A stretch of DNA of 64,000 nt, from positions 1 to 64,000 of IMG/VR virus record IMGVR_UViG_3300017913_001553; one strand, written 5' to 3'. The stretch is from a virus. Taxonomy: Duplodnaviria > Caudoviricetes. The translations under genes were made by a program, and so were the position numbers. Every line of letters starts with the position of its first letter. Positions within the stretch are counted from its first letter, which is position 1. This document shows, piece by piece, positions 1-9,922 of the stretch. The notes under the pieces were generated by a model, which made no database searches, was not told the origin of the DNA, and was given only the letters and a program-made list of their open reading frames with translations.

Positions 1-1
1 C

Positions 2-1741
2 ATCGATGCGGAAGCAGCGACACGTGCCGCAGCAGATACAGCACACTCAAACAGTATCACAGCACTAGAAACAGAAATGACTGCTACACAAACAGCAGCA
101 GGTCTAAATGCTGACGGTACATACACAGCAAATGCTTCAGCTAACTATATTGCGGCAGCAACATCACTACAAGATGCGGATAACAAACTAGACGCAGCTA
201 TCAAAGTGAATGCTGATGGTCTTGCGACTGAAACTACTGCTCGTATTACAGCAGTAACTAACGAGAAGAACCGTGCGGAAGCAGAAGAGGCACGTATTGA
301 AGCACTGATTACATCAGAGTCATCAACACGTACATCAGCAGATACTGCAAACGCAAATGCAATTCAAGCAGTAGCAGACAACCTAGCACAAGAACTACTA
401 GATCGTGCGGCAGGTGACACAACTCTACAAGGTAACATCGATACACTAGATGCGAAAGTAGACAACATCATCAGCAACACAGACGCAGCAGCTCTTGACT
501 CACTAACAGAGATCGTGACAGCGTTCCAGAATGCTGACTCAACTCTAACAGGTGCGGTAGCAGCAAACTCAGCAGATATTCTAGCAGAAACAACTGCTCG
601 TATCTCAGCAGACGATGCTCTAGGTGTACGTATTGATAATGCTATCACAGCATATGAAGCAGCAGATACAGCAGCGACAGCAGATCGTGGCGCAATCCGC
701 AGTGAATTTGCAGCAGCAGACTCAGCACTACAAGATAACATTGATCTAAAACTAGCACTAGCTGGTGGAACAATGAGTGGTGAGATTGCGATGGGTGGTA
801 ATAAAATCACTGGTCTAGCAGCGGGATCAGCATCAACAGATGCGGTTAACAAGCAGCAATTAGACGCAGCAACAGCAGCACTACAAATCTCAAACTTTGA
901 CACTGATGATGTAAGTGAAGGTTCAACAAATCTTTACTTCACAGACGCACGTGTAAGAGCGGCAGTATCAGCAAGTGGTGATCTATCATACGATAGCGCA
1001 ACAGGTGTATTCTCAGTAGATACATCAAAAGCACTAACAGGTCTAACAGACTATGTAGGTGGTACAGATTATACAGCAATGAAGAACTATGTTCTACAAG
1101 TTAACGATGATATGACAGGCGTGGAACTTGTTGATCCATCAACAATCGCGTTCCAATCAGTTCGTCGTCAAACAATTGATGGTGATGGTTCACAAACTGT
1201 ATTCGCTCTGGACTTCTACACAACACAGTCAGACGCAATGATTTTCGTTGGTGGTGTTATTCAGGACCCTGTATCACACTATACAATCAATTCATCAGAT
1301 CAAACTCTGACATTTGTACAAGCAATCCCACTAGGTACACAGGTAGTTGTAATTGCTAACCCAGTTGCATCAGTTCCATTCATCGAAACAGGTGCTGTAA
1401 CAAAAGAGAAACTAGCTTCAGATGTGAAAGCATATACACAGAAACTAGCAGTATCAGCAGGCACATCTGGTACAGTTGTAGATACATTTGATGGTACAAC
1501 ATACCGCACAGGTAAGTATATCATCCAAGTTGAAAACAATGGTGAGTTTGAAACACGTGAAGCACTAGTAGTACATGACGGTACAAACGCATACATCACA
1601 GAGTACGCGATTGTATATACAGGTTCAGGTCTACTAGGTGATGCGACAGTTCAAATGAACGGTTCAAATGTAGAACTAGTATACACAGCTAACTCAGCAG
1701 GTGCAACAGTGAAAGTTATCTCAACTTACATTGACGCATAA
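2..1741 (+). CDS. Tail fibre/virion structural protein, 5'-truncated by the window edge
   Basis: The frame is open from position 2 (IDAEAATRAAAD...), upstream of the track's Met at 77. It has Ala/Thr-rich coiled-coil repeats, an ALDSLTEIV motif, a KITGLAAG...DAVNKQQLD fibre motif and a beta-rich C-terminal domain. Confidence 0.75.
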   Translation: MDAEAATRAAADTAHSNSITALETEMTATQTAAGLNADGTYTANASANYIAAATSLQDADNKLDAAIKVNADGLATETTARITAVTNEKNRAEAEEARIEALITSESSTRTSADTANANAIQAVADNLAQELLDRAAGDTTLQGNIDTLDAKVDNIISNTDAAALDSLTEIVTAFQNADSTLTGAVAANSADILAETTARISADDALGVRIDNAITAYEAADTAATADRGAIRSEFAAADSALQDNIDLKLALAGGTMSGEIAMGGNKITGLAAGSASTDAVNKQQLDAATAALQISNFDTDDVSEGSTNLYFTDARVRAAVSASGDLSYDSATGVFSVDTSKALTGLTDYVGGTDYTAMKNYVLQVNDDMTGVELVDPSTIAFQSVRRQTIDGDGSQTVFALDFYTTQSDAMIFVGGVIQDPVSHYTINSSDQTLTFVQAIPLGTQVVVIANPVASVPFIETGAVTKEKLASDVKAYTQKLAVSAGTSGTVVDTFDGTTYRTGKYIIQVENNGEFETREALVVHDGTNAYITEYAIVYTGSGLLGDATVQMNGSNVELVYTANSAGATVKVISTYIDA

Positions 1742-1765
1742 GTTTAGTTTATAACATAATAAATT

Positions 1766-1797
1766 GGGCGGTAATCTTAGGGTCACCGCCCTTTTTT
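1766..1797 (+). terminator. Rho-independent terminator
   Basis: GGGCGGT (1766-72) / ACCGCCC (1785-91) stem followed by TTTTTT. Confidence 0.85.
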
Positions 1798-1854
1798 ATA
1801 TCCTTATATAATAAAAATATCATTTTCAAAGTAGTTAATTGACGACGAATGAAA

Positions 1855-1861
1855 ATAAATA
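1855..1861 (+). promoter_or_regulatory. T4-like late promoter (ATAAATA)
   Basis: NTAAATA motif recurs upstream of most structural genes in the window; T4 late consensus is TATAAATA. Confidence 0.6.
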
Positions 1862-1918
1862 TTAATGGGAGTCTTCGACAGGCTCCGTCTTTTTTGATCA
1901 AAAAAGGAGTCCAATAAA

Positions 1919-4900
1919 ATGGCACAAAGAAAATTTTTGATTGACGGTGGTTTCTTAGTTAATGATGATTCAGAAATCAACGCAAATCTAACAATGACAG
2001 GTAATATCCTTCCATCTGTTGACTCAGACGGTACAACTGGTTATGATCTTGGTTCACCATCAGCAAAATGGCGTGACCTTTATCTATCAGAAGGATCACT
2101 ATATATTAACAACCAAAAAGTTATCGAAGATAACTCAGGTACGATTATTGTTCGTGCTGACGAAGACCAATCACTAACTGTTAAAACAGAAGGTACTGGT
2201 GTTCTAACACTACAATCAGCACAGACAGTTAACTTTGCAGCAACACTACAAATGGCAGCAGACAAGCGCATCACAGATGCGGGTGGTGACGCAGTTACAT
2301 TTGGTGACAAAGTTGACATGGATGGTAACCGTATTGTAGGCATGGGTGCACCAATTAACGACAACGATTCAGCAACAAAAAAATATGTTGACGACAAGTT
2401 TGATGACGTTCTAGGTGGCGCACCAGCAGCACTAGACACACTAAACGAACTAGCAAATGCTCTAGGTGATGACGCAAACTACGCAGCAACAATCACAACA
2501 GCACTAGCAACAAAGGCAACAACAACATATGTTGACACACAGATTTCAAATCTACAAACAACAGTAAACGCAAACGCATACGGTGATAGCGATGTAGCAG
2601 ATTATATTTCTGGTAACCAAACATTCTTCAGCGCAATCCGAGCAAACACCTCTTCTGCAACGATTGGTACATGGACAGACCCGTTCCGTCAAATAAATGG
2701 TAAGACTATTGGTTTAACAGAGTCTCTTTACTGGCCAAGTAGTAATGCCCCACATGGTTCTTACACGATGGTTGAGATCAAAGGTCAGGATGGTACAGGT
2801 CAACTTCACGCAGAGTTCTACCCAGACGTAATCAAACCAGGTGGTTCAACTGCTGGCGACAATGTTAAACTAGAACCTAATACAGGTGGTTTTGTTGATG
2901 TAAGCGATAGTAAAATCTCAAACGTATCAACACCAACAGGCAACACAGATGCAGCAAACAAAGCGTATGTTGATTCGCAAATTGCAGCAAACGCATACGG
3001 TGATAGCGATGTAGATGCACGTTTACAATCAGGCGCACTTGGCAGCGTTAACCTTGAAGGTGAATTTGAAGTTGGCCAAGGTGATTCACTATCATTAGAC
3101 GGAAGAGGTAGTAATAAAGCAAGAATCATTTACAAATCAGAAACAAATAGCGGAACGGATGTTGATTATGACCTATTAAGTAACAGTGGTCAATTCCCAA
3201 CACTACATGCTTACATGTTTAAACCACTAAGTGGTACTAGCAATCTGCTTCTACGTACAGGAACAAATGGTTATGTTGATGTAGGTAATGCTAGAATCGC
3301 TGATGTTGCAACACCAACAAGCAACCAAGACGCAGCAAACAAAGTGTATGTTGACGCAGCAGAATCAGCAGCAAACGCATACACAGACGCAGCAATTACT
3401 AATCTAATTGGTGGAGCACCAGGAGCACTAGATACACTAAATGAACTAGCAGCAGCATTAGGTGATGACGCAGACTACGCAGCATCAATCACAACAGCAC
3501 TAGCAGCAGTTGAGTCAACAAATACTACACAAGCAACACAGATTGCAGCAAACTCAGCAGCACACGCACAGAATGCTTCAGATATCGCAGCAAACGCAAC
3601 AGCAGTTGCAAACGCAATTACAACAGCATCAGCGGATGCGACATCAAAAGCAAACGCAGCAGAAGCAGCAGCTAAACTATACACAGATCAGCGTGAAACA
3701 GCAATCACAACTGCGTATACAGATGCAATCGCAACAGCAGTAGAAGCAAAAGATGCGGTTTCAGAACTAGCAGATGTTTCATTTGGAACACTACAAAATA
3801 ACCAAATTATGCGTTATAATGCTACATCTGGTCTATGGACAAATGTTACACAATCAACAGATGCAGTTGCAGAAGGTACAAATCTTTACTTTACAGACCA
3901 ACGTGCAAAAGACGCAGTAGCACAAGATATTGCTGATGCAGTAGCAACAGAAACGTCAAATCGTATTATTGCACAAAACGCAAACGCACAAGCGATCTCA
4001 ACAGAAGCAACAACACGTGGTGACGCAGACGCAGCACTAAGTGGTCGTCTAGATGTAATCGAAGGCGCAGATACAGTTGAAGGTTCTGTAGCAAAAGCAC
4101 TAAAAGACGCTAAAGCGTATGCAGATCAAGCAGAAGTAGATGCAAAATCATACACAGATGCGCGTGAAACTGTACTACAAAGTAACATTGATACAGAAAA
4201 AGGTCGTATTGATGCTATCCTAAATGCAGCAGACGCAGACAAAGACTCATTTGCAGAAATCGTTACATTTATCAACTCAGTTGACACAACAAATGATGAC
4301 GCACTAGGTACAGAAATCACAACACGTGCGGCAGCAGATACAGCACTAAGTGGTCGTCTAGATGTAATCGAAGGCGCAGATACAGTTGAAGGTTCTGTAG
4401 CAAAAGCACTAAAAGACGCTAAAGCGTATGCGGATACAGCAGAAGCAGACGCAGTATCAACAGCAGCAGCAGATGCATCAGACAAAGCAAACGCAGCACA
4501 ATCAGCAGCAGTAACAGCAGCGAATTCTTATACAGATGCTCGTGAAACAGCTATCACAACTGCATATGAGTCATATGCGGATACAGCAGAAGCAGACGCA
4601 GTATCAACAGCATCAGCAGATGCGACATCTAAAGCAAATACGGCAGAAGCAAATGCTAAAGCATACACAGATGCACGTGAAGTTGTACTACAAGGCAATA
4701 TCGATACAGAAAAAGATCGTATTGACGCTATCCTAAGTGCTTCATCAGCAGACAAAGACACATTTGCAGAAATCGTTACATTCATCAACTCAGTTGATAC
4801 ATCAAACGATAGCGCATTGGGTACAGAAATTACAACACGTGCGAACGCGGACGCAGCACTACAAAATGATATCAATGATGAAATCGCAGATCGTATTGCA

Positions 4901-5626
4901 GGTGATCAAAACCTACAATCACAAATTGACGCGATTGATATTGGCAATGGTAACTTCTCAGTAATCGGTGGTACAGGTCTAACTGGTAGTGGATCAATGT
5001 CTGCTAACCAAGACACTAACTCATCAGCAACACTTTCTGTAGATACATCATGGTTGAATTCAGTAGTGGACGCACGTGACGAGTTTGTAAGTGGTGTAAG
5101 TTTCAATACTGGTAACGGTGTTCTAACACTTGATCGTCAACTAGGTTCAAACCTAACAGTTGATCTAGATGGTCGTTATGAACTTGCTGGAACAAATGAT
5201 AACTACGGTTCATGGACAATCCGTGATCACGATGGCACATCATACACAGTAACATCAGGTGACGTACTACAGATCAAAGAAGGTTATGGTATTGATGTAA
5301 ACTTCACAGCAGATGATCAAATGACAATTACTGCTAAAACATCAACACTTGATAGTCGTTATGTACAACCAGGTGATCTATCACATGAGCATGGTACATT
5401 TGTAGTAATCTCATCAACACATGCGGACAACAACGCAACAGATAACACAAACCCATCAATTGATCTTGGCGTAACAGGTCTAGTAAGTTACACAGTATTC
5501 CTAAACCGTCAACTTCTACGTCCAACAGAATTTACATATAATCCAGCAACAGGTGGATGTGTATTCTCTGTAGGTCTACTATCAACAGACGATGAGGTAG
5601 AAATTACAGGTCTAAAACTATCATAA
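1919..5626 (+). CDS. Long tail fibre / virion fibre protein
   Basis: 1235 aa. Contains two GAPxALDTLNELAxALGDD fibre motifs, DAANKxYVD motifs, long Ala-rich coiled-coil repeats and GYDLGSPSAKWRDLYL near the N-terminus. Confidence 0.8.
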   Translation: MAQRKFLIDGGFLVNDDSEINANLTMTGNILPSVDSDGTTGYDLGSPSAKWRDLYLSEGSLYINNQKVIEDNSGTIIVRADEDQSLTVKTEGTGVLTLQSAQTVNFAATLQMAADKRITDAGGDAVTFGDKVDMDGNRIVGMGAPINDNDSATKKYVDDKFDDVLGGAPAALDTLNELANALGDDANYAATITTALATKATTTYVDTQISNLQTTVNANAYGDSDVADYISGNQTFFSAIRANTSSATIGTWTDPFRQINGKTIGLTESLYWPSSNAPHGSYTMVEIKGQDGTGQLHAEFYPDVIKPGGSTAGDNVKLEPNTGGFVDVSDSKISNVSTPTGNTDAANKAYVDSQIAANAYGDSDVDARLQSGALGSVNLEGEFEVGQGDSLSLDGRGSNKARIIYKSETNSGTDVDYDLLSNSGQFPTLHAYMFKPLSGTSNLLLRTGTNGYVDVGNARIADVATPTSNQDAANKVYVDAAESAANAYTDAAITNLIGGAPGALDTLNELAAALGDDADYAASITTALAAVESTNTTQATQIAANSAAHAQNASDIAANATAVANAITTASADATSKANAAEAAAKLYTDQRETAITTAYTDAIATAVEAKDAVSELADVSFGTLQNNQIMRYNATSGLWTNVTQSTDAVAEGTNLYFTDQRAKDAVAQDIADAVATETSNRIIAQNANAQAISTEATTRGDADAALSGRLDVIEGADTVEGSVAKALKDAKAYADQAEVDAKSYTDARETVLQSNIDTEKGRIDAILNAADADKDSFAEIVTFINSVDTTNDDALGTEITTRAAADTALSGRLDVIEGADTVEGSVAKALKDAKAYADTAEADAVSTAAADASDKANAAQSAAVTAANSYTDARETAITTAYESYADTAEADAVSTASADATSKANTAEANAKAYTDAREVVLQGNIDTEKDRIDAILSASSADKDTFAEIVTFINSVDTSNDSALGTEITTRANADAALQNDINDEIADRIAGDQNLQSQIDAIDIGNGNFSVIGGTGLTGSGSMSANQDTNSSATLSVDTSWLNSVVDARDEFVSGVSFNTGNGVLTLDRQLGSNLTVDLDGRYELAGTNDNYGSWTIRDHDGTSYTVTSGDVLQIKEGYGIDVNFTADDQMTITAKTSTLDSRYVQPGDLSHEHGTFVVISSTHADNNATDNTNPSIDLGVTGLVSYTVFLNRQLLRPTEFTYNPATGGCVFSVGLLSTDDEVEITGLKLS
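4032..4431 (+). repeat. 91-bp exact direct repeat (4032-4122 and 4341-4431) in the fibre gene
   Basis: cagcactaagtggtcgtctagatgtaatc...gctaaagcgtatgc occurs twice and encodes ALSGRLDVIEGADTVEGSVAKALKDAKAYA. Confidence 0.95.
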
Positions 5627-5759
5627 TATAGATTAGTCCAACGGTGGGGGGTTGACAATCCCCCCACTTAGTCAAAGTTAACACTAGTTAATGGAGACAG
5701 TGGTAGGAACAGAGTTCACTACTTCGAGGCTAACAAAAACTTTTGAAAGGAGTTTTAAA

Positions 5760-7733
5760 ATGTCATCAGAATATATTAAACACAATGGTGCCCGCGTTAA
5801 AAAACGTAGCATTATGACACGTGGTAAAAAATACAAATATAACAAAGCAGGTAAAATCGTTGAAATCGGCGGTATTGACCCAGATACAAACCAAACAGTT
5901 GTTCAAACAACAGACGACTTTGTTATTGGCGGTACAAAATCATCACTAAGACGTATTGCTGATCTAGAAGCAAACGTTGCTATTCTTTATACAAAACTAA
6001 CAACATCAGACGGTGAACAGGCAGCAGAATCAGAAGATTCAGACGATATCTCAGTTGGTAAATCAAATCAGACAACACGTTTTAAAGGTAATGTGCGTTT
6101 TGAAAAGAACGTTGACGCAAAATCATCTGCATCTGTTGGTTCAACATTTGCTAACAAAGTTATTGATGCGGCAAGAGAGCGTATCCAAGATATCGCTATC
6201 AAACCAATGCTTACAGGTAACACAGAAAGTGGTATCACAGTAACATATGATGATAGTGGAAATGAAATCGATTTCACTGTTACAAAAGCACCAAAATGGT
6301 CAACAGCACGTACAATTACACTAACTGGTGATTTAACTGGTGATGCTACATTTGATGGTTCAGGTGACTTTTCACTATCAGCATCAGTTAAGGATGATTC
6401 ACACAATCACACGATTTCAAACATTGATGGTCTACAGGGTGCTCTAGATGCAAAAGCAACACCAGCAGATATTACATCTGCTATCAACAATCTAGTTGAC
6501 GGTGCTCCAACAGCACTTAACACACTAAACGAACTAGCAGCGGCAATTGGCGACAACGCATCATATGCATCATCAATTACAACTGCACTAGGAAACAAAG
6601 TGTCAACTAACTCAGTACAAGCACTGGCAGCAGATGGTAATGCTCTAACAGTATCAAATGACACAATTACACTACGTAAAGGCAATGGTACAACAGAGTC
6701 AGTATCAATTTCAGATGCTAACACAACAGATTTCTATGTTGCAAACTCAGGTGGCACAAACCAGTTCAAGGTTGACAAAAATGAAAAAGTACGCTTTGCA
6801 GGATCAGGTGCTACATCAGTATCATTTGATGCAGCGACAAACAAAGTTACAATTTCATCAACAGATACAGACACAAACACATGGCGTCCAATCCACGATT
6901 CGCCAGTAGACGGTGCGACAACAACATCAATCTCATCAAACTGGGCATTTGATAATGTTAAAAAAGCAGTTCCATCAAATGCGGTATTTACAGATACAAA
7001 CACATGGCGTGGTATTAGTGATTCACCAGGCAACGACAGTGGTACATCAATCTCACGTAAGTGGGCGATGAATGCGTTTGTTGGCGCAAGTGTATCAAAC
7101 GATACAATCACTTTCACAAAAGGTGACGGTACAACAACATCAGTTACAACAAGTGATGCTAACAGCAACACATATGTAACAGGTGCGTCATTCAACACAT
7201 CAAATGGTGTTCTAACAATGACACGTAACAGTGGTTCAGTAACAGTTGACCTAGATGGTCGTTATCAAGCAGCAGGTTCTTATGCGGCAGCAGGTCGTGT
7301 AATTACAGCAGGTAACGGTCTAACAGGTGGTGGTAACCTAACAGCTAACCGTACAATCAACGTTGGCGGTGGTAACGGTATCACAGTATCAGCAGACGGT
7401 GTTGCAATGAGTGGTTCATACACTGGTACATTCACAGCGTCAGGTGACGTATGTGCGTATTCAGATGCTTCACTAAAAACTAACGTACAAACAATTGAAG
7501 GTGCTCTAGATAAAGTATCAGCAGTTCGTGGTGTTACTTTTGAACGTATCGCAGACGGTTCAGTTTCAGCGGGTGTTGTTGCTCAAGAACTAGAAGCAGT
7601 ACTTCCAGAAGCAGTTAAAACAGACGAAGAAGGCGTAAAGATGGTTGCTTATGGTAACATCACAGGTCTACTAATCGAAGCTGTTAAAGAACTATCAGCA
7701 CAAGTTGAAGAACTAAAGAAAAACCAGAAATAA
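5760..7733 (+). CDS. Tail fibre protein with C-terminal peptidase S74 intramolecular chaperone
   Basis: Start moved to ATG 5760 behind an AGGAG SD. Has GAPTALNTLNELAAAIGD and the S74 signature AYSDASLKTNVQTIEGALDKV...GVTF...GVVAQELE...VAYGNITGLLIEAVKEL. Confidence 0.85.
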   Translation: MSSEYIKHNGARVKKRSIMTRGKKYKYNKAGKIVEIGGIDPDTNQTVVQTTDDFVIGGTKSSLRRIADLEANVAILYTKLTTSDGEQAAESEDSDDISVGKSNQTTRFKGNVRFEKNVDAKSSASVGSTFANKVIDAARERIQDIAIKPMLTGNTESGITVTYDDSGNEIDFTVTKAPKWSTARTITLTGDLTGDATFDGSGDFSLSASVKDDSHNHTISNIDGLQGALDAKATPADITSAINNLVDGAPTALNTLNELAAAIGDNASYASSITTALGNKVSTNSVQALAADGNALTVSNDTITLRKGNGTTESVSISDANTTDFYVANSGGTNQFKVDKNEKVRFAGSGATSVSFDAATNKVTISSTDTDTNTWRPIHDSPVDGATTTSISSNWAFDNVKKAVPSNAVFTDTNTWRGISDSPGNDSGTSISRKWAMNAFVGASVSNDTITFTKGDGTTTSVTTSDANSNTYVTGASFNTSNGVLTMTRNSGSVTVDLDGRYQAAGSYAAAGRVITAGNGLTGGGNLTANRTINVGGGNGITVSADGVAMSGSYTGTFTASGDVCAYSDASLKTNVQTIEGALDKVSAVRGVTFERIADGSVSAGVVAQELEAVLPEAVKTDEEGVKMVAYGNITGLLIEAVKELSAQVEELKKNQK

Positions 7734-7758
7734 TTATAACTATAATTTTTTCAAACTT

Positions 7759-7785
7759 GGGCGGCAGAAATGTCGCCCTTTTTTT
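7759..7785 (+). terminator. Rho-independent terminator
   Basis: GGGCGGCA-GAAA-TGTCGCCC followed by T7. Confidence 0.9.
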
Positions 7786-7786
7786 G

Positions 7787-7794
7787 TATAAATA
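7787..7794 (+). promoter_or_regulatory. Late promoter TATAAATA
   Basis: Exact T4 late consensus directly after the terminator. Confidence 0.7.
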
Positions 7795-7833
7795 AACATA
7801 GTATATAATCTAGAAAAGAGGTTGTTAATAGAT

Positions 7834-8346
7834 ATGGCAAACGAAGAAAAAAAACTTTTTCCTTATATGGAATACTTTGATGAAAACTTTCCGTTTACTG
7901 GTAAAAAAAATCCAGATATTGAAAAATTAAAACTAGAGTGGATTGATCCTAATGATATTTTTGTGACACAAAGACAAAAAAATTCTTGGAACCCAGGAAA
8001 ACTTGAAAATATCTTACCAAATTTTTGTATTGGTAGACTTAAAAGTGTAAACATTGCTAGAATCATGGGTGTTAATATTTGTTGGAATGGGCAGCACACT
8101 ATCGCTTCATTATTGTGTAATGGTTGGGAAAAAGTACCATGTATGGTTTATGAATGTGAAGATATGAGATGGAGAGAAGAAACTGTAACATATATGCATT
8201 TTAGTCAACGACAAAGATCAGAAATCGCATTTGATTTGATTGAGGAGCTTGAAGAAGAACTTATGGAAACAAAAGGACATGGTATAGAGAGTTTTGAGCA
8301 CTTGATGGAAATACTTGAATTCACAAAAACAAAAAGACCAAAATAA
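7834..8346 (+). CDS. ParB/Srx-like domain protein (putative)
   Basis: WIDPNDIFV..RQ...NIARIMGVNICWNGQHT...GWEKVPCMV resembles the ParB N-terminal DGxHR fold. ATG 7834 follows a GAGG SD. Confidence 0.4.
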   Translation: MANEEKKLFPYMEYFDENFPFTGKKNPDIEKLKLEWIDPNDIFVTQRQKNSWNPGKLENILPNFCIGRLKSVNIARIMGVNICWNGQHTIASLLCNGWEKVPCMVYECEDMRWREETVTYMHFSQRQRSEIAFDLIEELEEELMETKGHGIESFEHLMEILEFTKTKRPK

Positions 8347-8382
8347 TAAATACATATATAATTATTTGAAAGATAAATTTAC

Positions 8383-8829
8383 ATGACATTTAGAAGAATT
8401 CAACATCCAAATCTTGTTACAACAAATACTTCCTTTGATGATCCAGTTATTGTTTTTGGTAAATCACAAACATCTGTTGATGATATTGGTTTTTTGGCCA
8501 AAAAGATCAACAATAACTATGCTGGATTAATTAGAGATAGTGATACAAATTCTTGGATTCTTATAGATAACTATACACAAGTTGATTTAAATTCAAACGA
8601 TATTGACGCAGATGATAATAGTCTTGTAAAGGGTACACTTGAAGTAGGTGGTATTAATATTGATACAAAATTTGTAGTTCCAGTGGGTACTACTGAAGAA
8701 AGACCATCACTTCCCACGATTGGTGAAATTAGATTTAATACAACTACAAGCGTTTTTGAAGGATATGATGGTACACAGTGGGTACAATTTATTCCAACTA
8801 CTTTACAAATAACAAACAATGATCCATAG
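8383..8829 (+). CDS. Small virion/tail-associated protein
   Basis: VPVGTTEERP...GEIRFNTTTSVFEGYDGTQW motif common in T4-like fibre/baseplate proteins; ATAAATA upstream. Confidence 0.55.
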   Translation: MTFRRIQHPNLVTTNTSFDDPVIVFGKSQTSVDDIGFLAKKINNNYAGLIRDSDTNSWILIDNYTQVDLNSNDIDADDNSLVKGTLEVGGINIDTKFVVPVGTTEERPSLPTIGEIRFNTTTSVFEGYDGTQWVQFIPTTLQITNNDP

Positions 8830-8880
8830 ATAATAAACTCTTTTGTAATAAATACATATATTACTAATGGAGAAATAAGA

Positions 8881-9921
8881 TTGGCATTTAAGGATTATTC
8901 AAAAGGTATTGAAAATGTACTCACATCAACCGTTGATGGAAGTGCTGAAATCAGATCAGAAAAAACGATTAGTTTATATCCGGGTTCAGATAGTCCACAA
9001 GGTGATCTTGGTGGAGAAAAACTTGTATGGATTAGAGATGGTGCTAAACTAGTATTTGAGGGAAGATATCCAGATGACTACGAGGCAAAACTTTATGTAG
9101 ATGAGTTAACTGAAGATAGAGAAATTACCTTACAGGATAAATCTGGTACTATTGCCTTATTGTCTGATCTAGAGAATATTGATTTAACATATACAAATCT
9201 TACACCAATGCCAAATGAAGTAGGTGGTTTGGAAATTGGAACAACTTTTGACAGTGTTTCATTTGAAGATATGTTTACATCCTTATTATATCCTTATCAA
9301 TACCCATCTTTTTCTAATTTTTATATTAGTGAACTACCAAGTACAATTTTAGAAGTTGGAGATTCTATTCCATCAGGCGACAAAACATTTGTGTGGTCTA
9401 CATTGAATAATTATAATATTGCTGATAGTAGTATTACAATAACAAATGGAAGTGATATTCTTGTTGAAAATATTGATAATGATGGATCAGAAGTTATTAA
9501 TTTTTCATCACCTATTACTAAAGCATCTAGTGGATACGAAACATTTAAGATAGTTGGTAATAACACAAAATCTCAGTCATTTGAAAGAAATTACTATGTA
9601 AATTGGAGATGGAAAACATATTATGGTACTAATTCATCTTCAACTATTAACGAATCAGATGTGAAAAATTTACAAAGTAAACAGTTGGAAAGTAATTTTT
9701 CAGGAAATAAATCATTTTCTGCTGGAGATTACAAATATATTGTTTATCCTGTGGTATTTGGGCAAAAATCATCATTCTTTGATCAATCAACAGGATTTGT
9801 AGTTGCTATGGAAGCACCATATATTATTGAAATTACAAATGATTATGGAATTTCTACTGATTATTATGTACACAGAACAACAAATACGATTGTCGGCACA
9901 ATCACTATTGGAGTAAGTTAA
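8881..9921 (+). CDS. Virion structural protein (TTG start)
   Basis: FEGRYPDDYEAKLYVDELTEDREITLQDKSGTIAL motif of large-myovirus structural proteins; beta-rich C-terminus; late promoter and GGAG SD upstream. Confidence 0.5.
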   Translation: MAFKDYSKGIENVLTSTVDGSAEIRSEKTISLYPGSDSPQGDLGGEKLVWIRDGAKLVFEGRYPDDYEAKLYVDELTEDREITLQDKSGTIALLSDLENIDLTYTNLTPMPNEVGGLEIGTTFDSVSFEDMFTSLLYPYQYPSFSNFYISELPSTILEVGDSIPSGDKTFVWSTLNNYNIADSSITITNGSDILVENIDNDGSEVINFSSPITKASSGYETFKIVGNNTKSQSFERNYYVNWRWKTYYGTNSSSTINESDVKNLQSKQLESNFSGNKSFSAGDYKYIVYPVVFGQKSSFFDQSTGFVVAMEAPYIIEITNDYGISTDYYVHRTTNTIVGTITIGVS

Positions 9922-9922
9922 T

